The notes under the pieces: model-generated | Told to the model about the DNA's origin: nothing | The model's database searches: none | What the model saw: the letters and a program-made list of their open reading frames with translations, nothing else | Made by a program: the position numbers and the translations under genes | NCBI RefSeq assembly: GCF_009914755.1 | Contig: NC_060939.1 | Source of the DNA: the human T2T-CHM13v2.0 reference genome, Homo sapiens | DNA: 64,000 bases | Strand: one strand, 5' to 3' | Shown here: positions 63,854-64,000 of the stretch, one piece after another | Layout: every line of letters starts with the position of its first letter | How positions within the stretch are numbered: position 1 is the first letter of the stretch

Positions 63854-64000
63854 GCTTCTAAAAGGTCTCTGGTCAGATGCAGGACAAAGGCTCCCTGCAG
63901 GAGCCCAGGGAGGACAGCAGCTGGCTGAGAAGGGGATCAGCACAGTCTAGGAAGCCCAGAGCATTTGGCCCCAGGCCCCAGGAGATGAACGTGCAGGAGG

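Overview
This is primate (human-like) non-coding genomic DNA, intergenic or deep intronic. I recognise no protein-coding exon, tRNA, rRNA or CRISPR array. The ORF track is chance ORFs plus repeat-derived reading frames. A large share of the window is interspersed repeat: 8 Alus (several with readable TSDs), many MIR and L2 fragments, old L1/HAL1 pieces, MaLR/ERVL solo LTRs (MLT1, MLT2, MSTA, LTR16-like) and DNA transposons (MER5A, MER20, MER53, MER58A+MER8, MER81, MER96-like, MADE2). There is also a full-length U6 snRNA retropseudogene (1410-1519). The best leads are two. (1) An ungapped ~120-bp fold-back hairpin centred on 9740. (2) A series of apparently repeat-free, AT-rich islands carrying PBX-HOX (TGATNNAT/TGATTTAC), MEIS (TGACAG), posterior-HOX/CDX and POU-like motifs (about 8.8-9.5, 10.2, 14.9-15.1, 25.5, 27.3, 34.7, 43.7, 59.3 and 62.3-62.8 kb), which look like an enhancer archipelago of a developmental gene outside the window. 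That reading is inference and needs conservation and chromatin data. I found no convincing novel gene system. Repeat subfamily names come from remembered consensus sequences, and boundaries of old repeats are approximate.
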